From: Asterias rubens
Taxonomy: Eukaryota
Assembly (NCBI RefSeq): GCF_902459465.1
Contig: NC_047062.1
Span: 16,058,001-16,122,000 of the forward strand
Length of the DNA: 64,000 bases
Direction of reading: 5' to 3'
Of the stretch, positions 14,301-29,300 are shown one piece after another. A program made the position numbers and the translations under genes. Position 1 is the first letter of the stretch. Every line of letters starts with the position of its first letter. The notes beneath the pieces were generated by a model. That model was given only the letters and a program-made list of their open reading frames with translations. It had not been told where the DNA came from and did no database searches.

Positions 14301-17300
14301 ATTTTTTCTCAGAAGCTCTTCTGTCTCTTTCAATACGAAAAGGAACTTAAACTTGAATAGGGGCCAACTAAAAATGTCAACACACCACCAGGATCCGCGG
14401 CTTAACGGCTCATCGCTGGTCTCTTGTGGATTACATTAATATTGTCCCCGTTTTCAGTTTTGCTTGCCTAAAAAATACCAGTCTTGATTTAGAGGGCATC
14501 CTGGAAAGATGCCAGAGTTTCTTTGAGCTTGAAAGATTTGCTGACTTCTTGGTGTAAAAAGGCACAATTTTGTATGAAAAGAATACACTGTCAAAACGTG
14601 TTACACTATGTTTCTTATTTACTCTGTGATCAAAAACAAGGTAGACAAAGCAAGGTTTATTGGAGTCGTTGAGTTTGAATCGCGTGCCAAATGTGATATC
14701 GACTGAACCAGTGCCACTGCCTAAGGATCTAATTAGTCAAATCCACTGAGTTTCTGCTGACTGTTCTCCCCAGATAGCGATCTTGTTATTGTGTTCACAC
14801 ACTGGGTTTATTCAACAAGGGCTTAGGGGACTCTTGGTGGCGTGCTTTAAATCCCCGCGGGAAACGAGAAGTTGGGAATGTGGAGTGAGATTTTAATCGG
14901 GGAAAATTTGCTGTAACAGGAATAACATTTGAAGTGTGGGTTGACGTCTTTATTATACGATCCAAATTTTCTGGGTTTTGTATTTTTCTTTTAATTGTAG
15001 TGTTTTTTAATTTTCTTATGTTTAAGTCAATCTTAATTTGAAATAATGGCCCGTTGAAACTTCAATGTACGTGTGACATGGCTACCATAGGTTTAATTTT
15101 TAAAGCTCGTTTTTGTTTGTTTGTTGGGTTTGTGTGGTGTTTGTTTGTTTGGGTGTTAGGATTTTGGGTTCGTTGGTTTGTTTGTTTCTTTGCATTGGTG
15201 GGGGTTCTTGCCCATTTTAACTGATGCAATTAAACCATCGAGGAGCGCGCGTTCTTTATTCTTCCAGTAAAGGTTTAGCGATTTATCCATGGTTAAACCG
15301 AGTAGGTTTGAATGCGTTGCTCTTTCCGCAGAACCAGAAATCAGTGAACCGTTACAGGCGGCAGCTTCATCAATTTTGCAGCAGTCCTCTTTTCAGTCTT
15401 TTGTGGGATATTTTGCCAATTAATGTAAAAAGAAGTCTCAGACACATTGGCGCTCAGATTCACTCAACATTGCGAAGTGGGATTTGCTTTCAACTTTGAT
15501 CTGGAACCTAGATATCAAATCGACGCCAATGTAGCTCGTCGTAATTTTGACTTTCTTGATGTGACCATGGAGGAAGGAATGATTCCCGGATGTTATTGCG
15601 AAACACATTTTATTCATGAATTTATTGCTCCGGTTACCTCGATCAACTCATAATTGCGTCTATGAGCTGTATCTATTCTAATGTCTCTCTTTTTAATGTA
15701 CAGGTTCCACTCTGGCGGGAAACAGCCCCTTGGCACGGTACCACATTAGAGGGCCTTGCTTTAGACGAGTCACCACAAACCAATGCCTCGCCCCGATGTC
15801 CGACGCTACCACTCTCCACGACGATTGCTGTGCCACTGTCGGTCAGGCTTGGGGCACTAGCTGTCACATGTGTCCCCAACAACTCGGTGAGTGTCATTGT
15901 TGTCCCTAAAGATAAATACACTGTCCCAACAAAATAGATACAAGCACCGGTAGGTGTCACTGTGGTGAAACTATGGTCACTGTGGTGATAGTGCCAACAT
16001 TGTCATTGTGTCAAATTTGTGAGCGTCACTGATTGTATATTATTCCCCAATTTATTTCAAATTTACCCGGTCAGTTTTCCTTGTCAGTTTTCCTTTGTTT
16101 TACAGCTACGTATTGATTTCACATTCAACTGCACAATTCGCGCCAATAACATTAACAGGAATAGGAAGTGAGAAGAAATGCTCAGTTTTAGATTTGAGAG
16201 GAAAACCACAAATCATAGGGGGAAAACCCACGCAATCAGGTGGGGACTGAAAACCCATATCAACACGCAAGGCTCGGGTCTGAGGTAAGATTCGAACCGG
16301 GGTCTACAGAGGTGAAAGGCAGGGAATGAAACCCCAGAACCAACATAATTCCTGTGTGTTAGTATTACTCAGGTGTTTGGCAGTCGCTATCGCTTGTTTC
16401 CCGGCAAGGTGCTGATTACCAATGCTTTCCAAAAGGACTAGTAATATGGACATCACCTCAAATTGGTCCCCCGTGCCTGACAATTAAAACCGCATCCCCA
16501 CCTCGGACATAACTTCCCAACAAGTGGGTGGGATGCCGATTTTGGACTGAAAGGCAGGAGCTGTCAAAATGCCCAAACTAATCAGGCTGGTGATTTCAAA
16601 TGTCGTGTCGGCCATTGGACACTTATCCAAAATGTGATTGTCAACAATTCTAAGACAGAATCTTTGAGATAACACCTCTGTTACTGTCCACAGAACTCGT
16701 TAACCTCACAGGCCTATTGACATCACGTTCCTCATTCCCAAAGGGTTCACTAATGAAAATGAATTCTAAAACCCTTACGGTAATCTTGGTCCAGTCGAAA
16801 AGGTCATGACGTAAATAAATCCTCCAACTTTGTGTGATACGATGAAGAAAGAAAATCCAGTCAACATTTTACTTTTTAGAACTCCTTGAAAAATGAAACC
16901 TAGAATCATAAACGTGAAAGTACACTGTGTATTCCTCTGAGACGAAGAAGAGAGCTGGAATTGTATACGGGAAACGATTTATGTCTAGACCCCAGACGAC
17001 TAATTGCACCTTGGCACACGCAGCATTATGGGGAATAGTTTGCAGCTGTAAGGAACCGATAAGTGAAACCTGTCTACCAAGAGGAAACCAAAATCACGTA
17101 TAAGGAATCAGGAGAACTTTGAGTTGTAAAAACGAGGGATCTTGCGAGCACAAAGAGTCAGTGACAGTATATACCCTTTTCGAAACAACGGCATCGGCTT
17201 TGGATTCTGCGCACGTATACGCAAAGCACGCGCAATTTTCAAAACAACCGCGTGGCCAAGCTAGCCTTAGCCGAATCTGGAGCTGAAGCCGTTGTTTCGA

Positions 17301-20300
17301 AAAGGGCAATAGTTTTTGACGAAGTACTGGAGGAGTGTGATACTTGTATCACATGGACTTCTGGATCAAAACAAACCGATTTGCCAATTCCCTCCAGAAC
17401 TACGTAAGAAATGAAAATTTACACGGAGTCTGCTGCCACCTAGCGTTACAATGTCTCCCATTATTTGCTCGTAATGATATGTTTTTTTTTTGTTTTTTTT
17501 CAGGACGTGAGAATCATTGCAATAAAGGTTTTAAGAAGGTTACAGTATCGGAAACAATGTGCAATCTGCTGCCACCTAGCGTTACAAAGTCTCCCATTAT
17601 TTGCTTATAATGATATTGTTTTTTGTTTGTTTACAGGACGTGAAAATCATTGCAATAGCGGTTTTAAGAAGGTTCCAGGTTCGGAAACAAGGTGCATGGG
17701 TAAGTACCGGTATGGGTCCTTCTTAAAATTCTTAGGAGCAGTGTGTCTTAGGATAAAATCAGGTTTGTTTTCTTCTCAACTCTCAAGTTGTGGCTGTAGT
17801 CTGCTTCCGTGAACTGGTTGTATTAATTATTATTATAACACCATGGCCCAATAACATAAAGCCTGTAAGAATAAAACCTTTCGAAGCACAGAAAGATCTT
17901 GCTTTATAGAAACTTGTTACCAGCTGAAATTCCAAAAAGTTAACATTGTTGCATCTGGTGCCCACTCACTTTTTGCCTGGCAAAAACATTTACTAAGCAG
18001 TATTATCTGCATAACAGCTTCATAATAAAATTTGGGCCCAGATCCGACCTCCCCAAAGCAGCATTTAATTTCAAGCAAACCTATGAACTCAGGTATGAAC
18101 TTTTCGTTTAAACAATATACCAAATTTATTTATACAAATTAATGTTTATTTCCAGATGTAAATGAGTGTACGGCTTTCGACAACATTTGTATGAATGGCA
18201 ACTGCGTTAACACACGTGGTAGTTACCGCTGTCACTGCAGGCCCGGATATTCATTGGATCCGACCGGAACTATGTGCACGAGTAAGTAGACCCGGATTCA
18301 TCCGGATCACACAATGACTATAAGTGCAGGAGTCATGTATCCTTGGTTCCTGAATAACTGCATGTTGTGGCATACAAAACAATTTTACCAATTAGAGCCG
18401 AGGAAATTTAATTGTGGCTGCTCCGCTCGACAATAGCATAGGAAGGTATCAATTATGTCAAGCAAACTGTTTTGCCTTCAAATTTGTAGACTTCAAATAG
18501 TTGTTATTCAAAGTTTGATTGAGTCTGACCTGGAGACAATTGGGCTACGTTGCACTTCCTTGAACATATTTTGTAATTTTTTTTCGAGTTATGACCTTTT
18601 TGGTATATTTAACCACATTAAATTTTAAATGTTTAATCATGTCACGTCACGGAATCACACAATATTGACGACATTACACTTTTAAAGCACTGGACACGTT
18701 TGGTAATAATTGATAGCATAACAACTTACTTCGTAACGAGCAATGGAGAGCTATTGATAGTAAAAACATTGTGGGAAATGACTTCCTCTGAAGTAACATA
18801 GTTTTTAGAAAAAAGGTTAGTTTCTCACTCAAATAATAAAATACTTCTGCTGAAGCCTTTTATGATGCATCTGAAAGCACAAAAAGTAATGCAACTAAAA
18901 AGGTGTTTTTCTTTGATTATTCTCTTGCAACCTCAGTGACTCACTGATGAGCCCAAATTTCCACAGATGTTTTATTGTTTGAATAAAAAAAAATTATGTT
19001 GGGATACATCAAACGGGTCCAGTGCCTTTAAAGGGTTGCGTTCGGAACAACAAAGCATAAAATGTGAGGGTCTGTGAATTAATCACTTATCTGGAATTGT
19101 CTCTTTTTCATAACAAAGTGGAGGCCAAACGGAGATGTTTCAGACGGATATACGACGGTCGATGCCTGGCGTCGAGCGCCTCTGGTCGGCCGACTACACG
19201 AATGGAGTGCTGCTGCGGAATCGGCTTGGCATGGGGCTCAACGGCGTGTGAGCTTTGCCCGGCCAAAGGATCTGGTAAGAGTGATTAGAGCTTCGCTTAT
19301 TACATACTTCGGCAAAGCTTTTTTTCTTGTTTTTTCAAATGTTTTATTAAGCGGCAAAATCCTCGGGTATGACTCCAATTGAGTTGCCATTTCTTTGTGT
19401 ATTTGACAAGATTTTAACAAGGGACCCTGGGCGAGACTGTGACCTGTCATACGAGGTACACCTTGTAAAACTGTACACCCATGCTACAATTTACTCGTGT
19501 GAACAGGGCTTTAGCTACATAACACAAAGCATACCAATCCTTTAAACCGCCATATCAACTGAGATTCGAACATGGACAGCTGTTGTTTGATATTTTGGGC
19601 AGAGCTTGGTGAAATAAATTAAAGTATGTGATACTTAGCTACACAGTCTAATTCACATTGATTTCCAGCCGATGTGCTCTACATAGTTCCACACCTGAGT
19701 CAAATTACGGAGGGATATTTGTGGTGTGGCGCGTAACCTTTCATTTTGTGCACTGCAACACCTCATACATTGTCTGGATGACTAGGCATTTTGGAGCATC
19801 ATGAAAAAAAACACTTCCGTTCCAGCATTCCGAGACGGTTTATAAAGCATGTTCTACCCTTGCTCTGTGATTTTGATTATGTGTTTACGTGACCATCCTG
19901 TTTCGATGATCATGAAACGGGCCATCGCAAATAGTACGTGCCCATACGTATGCGACATCTTACGAATGCGCACAAAAAATAATTCGAGAAAAACCCTCAG
20001 GCATCGCACAAAAAGCACGGCATCGAATACGTATGCGTACATTTTGAGATATTATGCGATATCCGTCCCGAGCTCCGGCCCCGCTGGTTACGACACTAAG
20101 TGACTTTTGCTGTATAAAAAAATAAAGCAAAAACGGTTAGGGGGCCTATTGCCGTTGGCTGCGAGCAATGACAACGTTTGAGAATCATAAGACCATTTTG
20201 TGTCCCGGCTGTTCCGGCCGTAGCCACCGCCGAAGCCATCTGATAAGGCTCGTCGATCTCAAGATTGGGTCGGTCGTGCGGGTAAAACATTGACGCGCGA

Positions 20301-23300
20301 TTATTATAACGAAAAGTGGATAAATTAATAAAATAATAAATAAAAAAGTGATTAGAATCGCTGCGGCTACGCTGTCGGTCAGCAGCATACGAGATGATGA
20401 TGATAAACAATGGAAAAGTGCGCGTGTACGCGCTGTGCAAAGCTCTCAGCCATATGAATGACCTTTCACACGCGTGCAAGTTTCATCAAAGATGGTGGTC
20501 AATGACGTCATGTGCCGACTATACTCTGCCCTTATTGCTGTCTATCCCAACATGCTAACCTGATATATAACCTATTGTTCTCTCCTTTACCCACTCTCTG
20601 CAGCTGAATATCGTGCTATGTGCCCACAAGGTACGGGATACCATTATGTTCCTGGGAAGAGCCTATCTAGTAACGGTAATAAATTTCCACTTTTCCCTCC
20701 ACTCTTCACCAACCCTTCTGACTGCCTTCACCATCTTTGCCGTGTAGCACAGCACGCATGCGCAGTGAAGAGATATGCACACACACATACACCCCATCAA
20801 GCACGTTTGTTCACCTGTAACTACCTACCTACCTCCTCTTGTTGCACAAATTGTCTTCCAGTGTGCTAAACAAAATAAAGGGAAGACAGCGGCTGCAATT
20901 GAAGTGATGTGTTTAATGTGTACTTTCCCGCCCTCTTCGTGCATTCTGACTGCACCGTTTTACTTGCACCACCGTTGCATTGTCTGCACAGCACTACTAT
21001 AGAAACATAGGCTATTCTGTTCTATAAAAAATATGAAAATACAAGTTACACTAATAACATACCGGACAACACTTAGAACACCAACACTTTCACTCACAAT
21101 ATTACACCTTTGTGTAGGCCTATAGTCACTAGCTAACTTCTATAGGGTAATCCCATATTTTTTATTCTCAATTGAGTTTCGCACGTCAGCATAGGCATAA
21201 TAATATGGCCTATAATTATGGCCTAATTGTTTACAATTTTGTGTAGGACATCATAATGTTATTACCAATAGGCCTAGATTATGGAATACCGTATCTTCAG
21301 AGTCGGTAGGCCTACTCGTCGTGCATCATAAAAGAAACTTTCAACCCCTACTACCTGCCCAATAGTGTGGTGTGTGCGTTTTTACAAGTCAATCAAAATA
21401 GATAGTATAGTATTCCGTTGGTAGATCGCTGTACACTCTTTCCTCGTGTTTTGTCATAAAGTCTTGCATTGTTCTAGTCAGAGGTCGAGTTAACCAACGA
21501 CGGCGGACGAGCTGCACATGACGTGAGACGAGTCGACACGATGTTAGGGCATTGTCGTAATGTGTACAGGTGCATGTTGTAGGCAAGGCCTGTGTAGAAA
21601 GTATGATTGGGCGTGCATGATCTTCTTTAAAACCGCCCTGTTTTATCAGGATTGTGGCTGTGTGTATGCACGGTTTGTGGTCTAGAAGGTGACCGTCTAA
21701 TAGGGTATGAGAAATATTTCATAGTAAGTGTGAATTGCTCTTATTCCATGACAATTCATTTATGTCGTCTTTACTTGAACAAAAACCCAGTTTCTTTTTC
21801 CGACGGTTTGGGAAATAACACAGTCTGAATCAGTTTCCTGCTTATTTCGATTGCGGCTATCAAAATAAATAATGGATAAGGATTAGGAAATAAATGTTGT
21901 TGTTTTAATACCAAGGATCCGGTCGTTTGATGCTATTTTTCAAAAGTTAGTTAACTTTTAATGTTATTTTCGATCAGGTGTTCCGCCCAAACAACCCGTT
22001 CTTGTTGTTTTTCGCATAGGCCTAAGCCTATAACATAAGCTAATAATAAAAAGTATGTATCCTCTACACAATGACATATAAACTGTGCTCACAGCGGCTC
22101 TGGGAGGACTTCCAATCTTTAAATTTGAAACGGAACAATTTGAGACGACCGTAAAGTGGAAGGAATCCGCTACCAACTAAACAAGACGGAGCACGTTCGG
22201 CATTGAAGCGAATAATATCCTGGTTGATAGAATTTGATTTCCTTGAGGTAATGACAGTTTATTTTGGGTTTTGTGAAGAGTAGTCACTTCCATCCTCCAA
22301 CCTCAACACACTATGATCCCCTCCGATATCCCGCTACCCGAACCTGCTGGGTAGTCCCGTTTTAGCGAACACTTGCGGTAGTTTTTGTGGAAACCGAAGT
22401 TGGTGTGAATATTTGTTGGAGGGGGGGGATCATTGGGTGGGGATCTTTTAAAATGTTTTACCCTTCGACTTTAGAAATATTTGCTGACGTAAATTCGCAG
22501 GTGTGAAGTTTAGGGTCTTATCATTATATGAACCAATTCATATCAATCCCCGTATTATACCTTGTTAAAGACACAGGACACTATTGGTAATTGGCAAAGA
22601 CTAGCCTTCACAGTTGGTGTATCTCAAAATATGCATAAATAACAAATCTGTGTAAATTTCAGCTCAATCGGTCGTCAAAGTTGCGAGATAATGAAAGAAA
22701 AAGCACCCTTGTCACACGAAGTTGTGTGCTTTCAGATGCTTGATTTCAAGACCTCAAATTCTAAAACTGAGGTCTTGAAATCAAATGGTGGAAAATTACT
22801 TCTTTCTCAAAAACTACATTACTTCAGAGGGAGCCGTTTCTCACAATGCTTTATACCATCAACCTATCCCCATTACTCGTTACCAAGATAGGTTTTATGC
22901 AAACAACTATTTTGGGTAATTACCAATAGTGTCCACTGCCTTTAAAACATGATGAGAGGTTGTTAAAGGAACACGTTGCTTTGGATAAGTCGAGTTGGTC
23001 TTTGAAAAGCGTTTGTAAACGTTGGTTATAAAATGCATATGGTTGGAAAGATGTTTTAAAAGTAGAATACAATGATCCACACACATTTGCTTCGAAATTG
23101 CAAGGTTTTCCTTTTACTTGGCGAACTAACACGGTCGGCCATTTATGGGAGTCAAATTTGACTCCCATAAATGGCCGACCGTGTTTGTCGACGAGGTAAA
23201 AGGAAAACCACGCAATTTTGAGTGATACTTGTGTGGATCATTATATTCTACTTTTAAAAATATCTTTCTAATGATATGCATTTTATAACCAACGGTTATA

Positions 23301-26300
23301 AACGCTTTTCAAAGACCAACTCGACCGATCCAAGGCAACGTGTTCCTAAAGAGGATCCTAAATAAAGACATACCCTAATTTGCAAGTTCTTTCAAAAGAT
23401 GCTGAATGGCTTTCGACGATAATTGTATTCCCGGTCCCAGCACCTGCATGAAGTGTTACAATGACCACTAGTGACAGCAAACTTCCGAACTGAAGGTTGT
23501 TTTATATTAAGTTATTATTGTCACCCCGGCACCACCTGAGCGGAACTTCTTTCGTGTCGTTTTGAAACCATGTTAGGCCTAAAGTTAACTTTTTAATTAT
23601 CAGCTAATGACCAACACTTAAACTTTAAACTAAAGCTGAATTTCCTTTTTGATTAAGCATAATTACTAAGTGTATATTTGTTTTGGTTACTTTGGTATCT
23701 AGTTGTGTATCGGTCTATTGGGTTTAGTACTACAACATACTAAACCCGCCGAATTTGAGAAGCAGCCGTGTGTTCTTTTGGGGTGTTCTATTTCTATGGT
23801 GCAGAGCCAGTCGTGCTAAACGGAGCGCCCCCATGAGTTAGGTTTTGATAAGGTACAAAATGGCGGCCTCTACAAAAAAATCTGTGAAAAGTTGTGCGAG
23901 TATGGCTGCGTTGCAATCAACGCTACTACTTCATACTATTTACAAAGATGTGATGCGAAGTACATTTATGAGGCTTGATTTAGGGCATGTAGGGTAAGCC
24001 TTGTTTTACTTTTCAACTAACTGAGAAACTGAAACTGAGAACAAAACGCGAGAAGGGTTTTTAAACCCAGCCCATGTGCGTGTATTTCTGACAGTCGTGC
24101 GCAGTGTCGGTTGTGTGGGAGTAGGCCTAAACCAAATTTTGAGAGTAACATATTCTATGATTAGACGATACGAGGCAATACTTCTTATTCATGAACACGA
24201 GGGTCTACAGATCCTTACCCGGCTGCCGTTTTATCTCCTTTATATTTATATATATCAAATATAATTATATCATTTGCTTGTCCCCGTTCAGTTCAGGTCA
24301 GTGAGACTGAGATACAAGGGTTGACAACAATTTTTGGACAAAAATAGATGTCTTATACCCTTATAATGTTATGAAGAGTCACATACATACATGCGCTCTG
24401 GCTTGGGAACTATCTTTATATTACCGTTTAACAAACTGTCAAAATCATGAAAAATTAAAAGTAAGCCATTCATACTATCATAGGGTCTGTACTGGTCTGT
24501 GGCCTTTGTGTGGGTCCTGACAACTGTGCTCGCTACACTCAATTTTAGTGCCCTTTTTCTGCACGAGTGTGCAGTGTTCCGTCCGCGTGATGAAATAATG
24601 TGCATGTAAACTTGCCTTTTTATTTAATGGTAAAAATTTAGCGTTTTAACTACCAATTTCTCAAGAAAACTATTTTTAAAAGGGGCATAAAGTCTCACAT
24701 TCATAACAAAAATCTAATCAGCGATAGTGATAAAGTAGTCTGGTAGTTGCCGGATACAGAAGTCTTCATAAGAAGTTACCCTTGAAAGTTGTACATTTCA
24801 TTGAATTCATTGGAGGTTTTCCCGTCTGGTCTTCATTATGTTTTCCTGAAAATGTAGTTATTTGTTTAGGTCTCCTGATGAAAATTTTTTTCTTCACAAG
24901 AGAATTGGCCTTGGTTAAAAAGTAATTTATGATCACTCTTCCTCATGATTAGTAGACACTCTCTCTCTCCACCAAGCTTCCAAACTAAGTTGAAATATCA
25001 CTTTTTCACTCTTGGCTTTTAAGTGCCATAATTAGCGGAATCCTTTTCTATGCCACAGAAGTGTCTTTCTGACAGACATGGGGCAATACAAATTTCCATT
25101 ATTACTATTATTACCAGCAGATAACAATCATCGTAGCAACACCAGACAGTTACATTACAAAAATACAAGTGTAGAGTATAACAATGAGAAATAAAGTGCA
25201 GCATTGTCACATATTTAACTAGGAATGTTCATTTAGTTTATAAAGGGAACACAATTTATCGTGGATTTAAGAAGTTGTATTGACAACAAAAATTGTACAG
25301 ATCTGACATGTCTGATGTTTTTACTGATGGTCTGTGAAGTGTTGCTTAACCCCAAATCAACTTAAACATTCAACATAACAAATTACAGACTTAAATACTG
25401 TCCACAAATGTATCACATTTTATATACACAAACACAAGTTTTTATTTATCATATTTTTTTGATATTTTATTTAAACTTAAATCTGAATACTCATTTATTT
25501 AGTTTATTGATTTTATTAATTTTTTGCTTGCCAAAATAAGTAAGTAGTTTTGTGCATGTTAAAAAAAGTATATAATTTTTTATTTTTTTCATTCATCAGT
25601 AGTTTTTATTAACCTGGCCTATAGTTTGATTTACTTTGATAAAACATTTTACAGCTATCCCTAAATATTATTCTTCACTTAGCATAATACATACATACCT
25701 CTTACAATTTAGCTTTCACATGCTTGATAACATTTCTTTCTTTTTATCCTAAATATTTTTATTTTATAGAGTGCTGTCAGAGATTATTTTATACAACAAT
25801 TTTTCAACTTGTTAAAATAATATTTCCAAACTTTCTTATTTTGAAACACCAATCTTGTTCACGGCAAACTTTGATTAAAATTAGATATTGTACTTCTAGG
25901 CATATAGAGGAAAACAAAGAGTTCTACAAACCTAGTATTTGGAATTAAGTTTATCTTATCATTGCACTTGCAGATGATTGTTAAATGAGGTTACATGTAG
26001 GTTAAATGAGGTTTGGGGAGTATTGCCTATCGCCTGATTTGTTTCCTGGCTGGTTATTCGATAATGAAGTATACCTATTAATGACAGTATGAAGATTTTT
26101 CCTAGAAAACCTTAACTGGGCAAACCAAGTGGATGTTGATAATTACCGTGATTTGTTGTTTATTGTTGATGTTTTAATCAAGTTTTCTTTACCTTTTCTT
26201 GAATTGATATTTCACTTTGTTGGGGTGGGTGGGGTAACTTAGGGAGGGGGGGGCTTTGCAACCACACCATGACTGCCATTTTATAGATGGTTAGCTTGGG

Positions 26301-29300
26301 GGCCTCATAAGCCACTTTCTTCATTTCACCCTCTGTATTCATATTTTCTTCTTCCGTTTTTTTTTGTTTCCCCAATTTCATGTTCTTTTTCCCAACAGCC
26401 ATTGACCCTAATGCATGTGAAGAAAATAGTCTATTGTGTACATATGGGGACTGTGTTAACACACAGGATGGATACAAGTGTAACTGCAGAAGGGGATTTA
26501 GATCTATCAATGATGGACAAGCTTGCGAAGGTAGGGTTCTTTTCTTTTTCCTCGGGGTTAACTGTTAATTTCTTACATTTTACCCAATAGGCCTATTATG
26601 CCTCTCTGATATGCTGATTTCTATTGTGGCATCAGTTGAAAGGGAATGTATACGTTTGGTAATCACTTTTTAAAGACACTGAACACTATTGGTAATTGTC
26701 AAAGACCAGTCTTCTCACTTGGTGTATCTCAACAAATACACAAAATAACAAATCTGTGTAATTTTCAGCTCAATTGGTCATCGGAGTTGGAGATAACTAT
26801 AAAAGAAAAAAAACACCCTATGACACACGAAGTTGTGTGCTTTCAGATGCTTGATTTCGAGACCTCAAATTCTAAATCTGAGGTCTCGAAATCAAATTCG
26901 TGGAAAATTACTTCTTTCTCGAAAACTACGTCACTTCAGAGGGAGCCGTTTCTCACAATGTTTTATACTATCAACCTCTCCCAATTAATCGTTACCAAGT
27001 GAGGTTTTATGCTGATAATTATTTTGAGTAATTACCAATAGTGTCCACTGCCTTTAAAATGAATGGGAAAAAAACCTTACATGGATAGAAGTACAGCAGC
27101 TTTGGATAGTATAAAGTACTTTGAGAATCATTTCACTTCAAAGTAATGCGGTTATGGAAAAAGCTTTAATACCCCCAAAATGTGAAACTGGGAAACGCTA
27201 CTGTCGATGCATACATGATGATACGTTTCTCAGATTGTTACGAATAATATTTCCCATGGGTCATATACCAATATGGTACTTTGCTTACGGTAAGCAGAGC
27301 CATGAAATTAGGCCCGGGTTAGCTTGTCCTTTCACTAATTCACAAGCTTCCCACTCGTCCGTATTTTACATAATTAGGGATGATTCTAAAGAACTGATCT
27401 AGCCAGCCGGACCACTTTGAGAGAATTTTGACTGGTCCCCCTGGTGTTTTGACAAGCCATTTGGTCAGCAGACCGTTGTTCCAATTGGTCAGTTAAACCA
27501 ATACCAGTTGGTGTAATTCTTTTTTTAAGGGTTTAAAGCAAGTCTGAAAACAGGGTATCAGGTTTCAGAGTTATCCACAGATGTCTATTAGTGTGTATGA
27601 CTAGATAATAACATATGGTACCACATCTGGCATTGTTTGAAGATGTCATTGTGAACACATCTGTTTCTTATTATTATCATACCTTTTTTGTTTTTACAAG
27701 ACTTATTTTTTTCTTTCTTTTCTTGTATCGTGCATCCTGAATTGGGTCACGCGTAAAGCCAAACAAAAGTAGAAATAAAAAATAAACTAAATAAACATGG
27801 AATTCATTTCCAGATATTGACGAGTGTCGAGAAAATCAGGATATATGCCACGGTGGACGCTGCATCAACTCGATGGGTAGCTACTTCTGCAGATGTACAA
27901 ACAGCGGAGGCCTGCAACAAAACGGCAACATATGTCGAGGTGAAGATGATAAACCATAAACCAGCTGGTCGTAATAAATGCAAAAGGCACACACAAAATC
28001 CTTCTTATGCCTGGCAGTTTGTATTGATTCAAGAAGCTAATGGGGAAACAAAGTTTTTTGCTCTACTGCATGATACACGAGTGTTGTGTGTGTTCGTGCA
28101 GTTTAATTACTAACATCAGTTTGGTTGTTTTAGATTGACCTGTTCATGTTTCAAAGCTGACATTGACATTGGGTTGTTGGAATGGACGATGGCAATGATC
28201 TGAAACAAAATAAAATGTAACATACGTCCTTGTCAGAGTAAACTATAAATGTCCTCATTTGATCTTGTTGCACTTTCATTGAACTGTAAGCTGTGTCTGA
28301 TTTAGCGGCTTTGGCTTGATTGTCATGTGAACATTGGGTTGAAGCATAGGATGCCCGTAGCAACAGCCTTAGGAACAGCCATAGCCATATCAGCCAATTC
28401 AGACATGGCCATAATACAGTGCAGTGATATTTACCTTGACCAGGATTCACAAAAGGTTCTTTTTAAAAAGCGACAATATTAATTTACCAGTAAACACTTT
28501 TGATGAGCAAATTTTAATCAGGAAACAATCGGTACCCCAGACATGGTTTTTTGGCTGGTTACCATCTTCCTGGTAAGCAAAATGCGTTTATGCTAAAGCC
28601 ATTTTTTGTGCTTTAGCAGCTCAGAGAAATTAGGCCCTGGCACCCTGTATGTGTAGCTCAGAATATTCAAGCAATAGCTAGAAAGGGACGCACTGGTGAC
28701 CTCAGGCCAGCTTGTGATTGAGTGTAGAACTGTGTGTGCCCAATTTCATAGGCTTTAGGGAGTGTTGTAAACTGTTATTTTGTGTGTTTTCTTCTACCCA
28801 CAGATATCAATGAGTGCTTACAGAGTCCATGCGGAGTGAATGCGTGTCTGAATACGTATGGCAGTTACTACTGTATGCCGTCATCATGCATCAAGGGGTA
28901 TCACTATGACAGCAGGGCACATCACTGTAGAGGTAATTGCTCAACACTGAAATAGGGTGCCCACTTTGCAGGCCGGGGAAACTTACTAAATGCTATGGAG
29001 GGATTTAACAGCCTTTCTTTGCTGTATGTTTTGACTTGCCTAGTCATGCCTTCGTCTACACCTCCTGTCATAAACAGAGTGTGGGTTCAAGTCTCGGTCG
29101 TGACACTTGTGCCCTTAAGCAAGACACTTGACCGGTATTGCTTTGTCGTTCCAGATGAGACATAACGTCATAGGTCATGTGTGTTGTGTAATAGAGGTAA
29201 AAGAACCCATTGCACGGGGTCCGCCCCGGTGTTTCTGGTTTGATAGCAGCATACTGCGCCACAGCACTTTGTAAACCATTACATAGTGCTTTGTAAAGGA

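Noticed and set aside
21462-21590. Possible hinge exon (pyrimidine tract, AG, GC-rich sequence, GTGAGA donor)
   Set aside because: All acceptors tested give either a stop codon or a phase-0/2 exit incompatible with the phase-1 neighbours.
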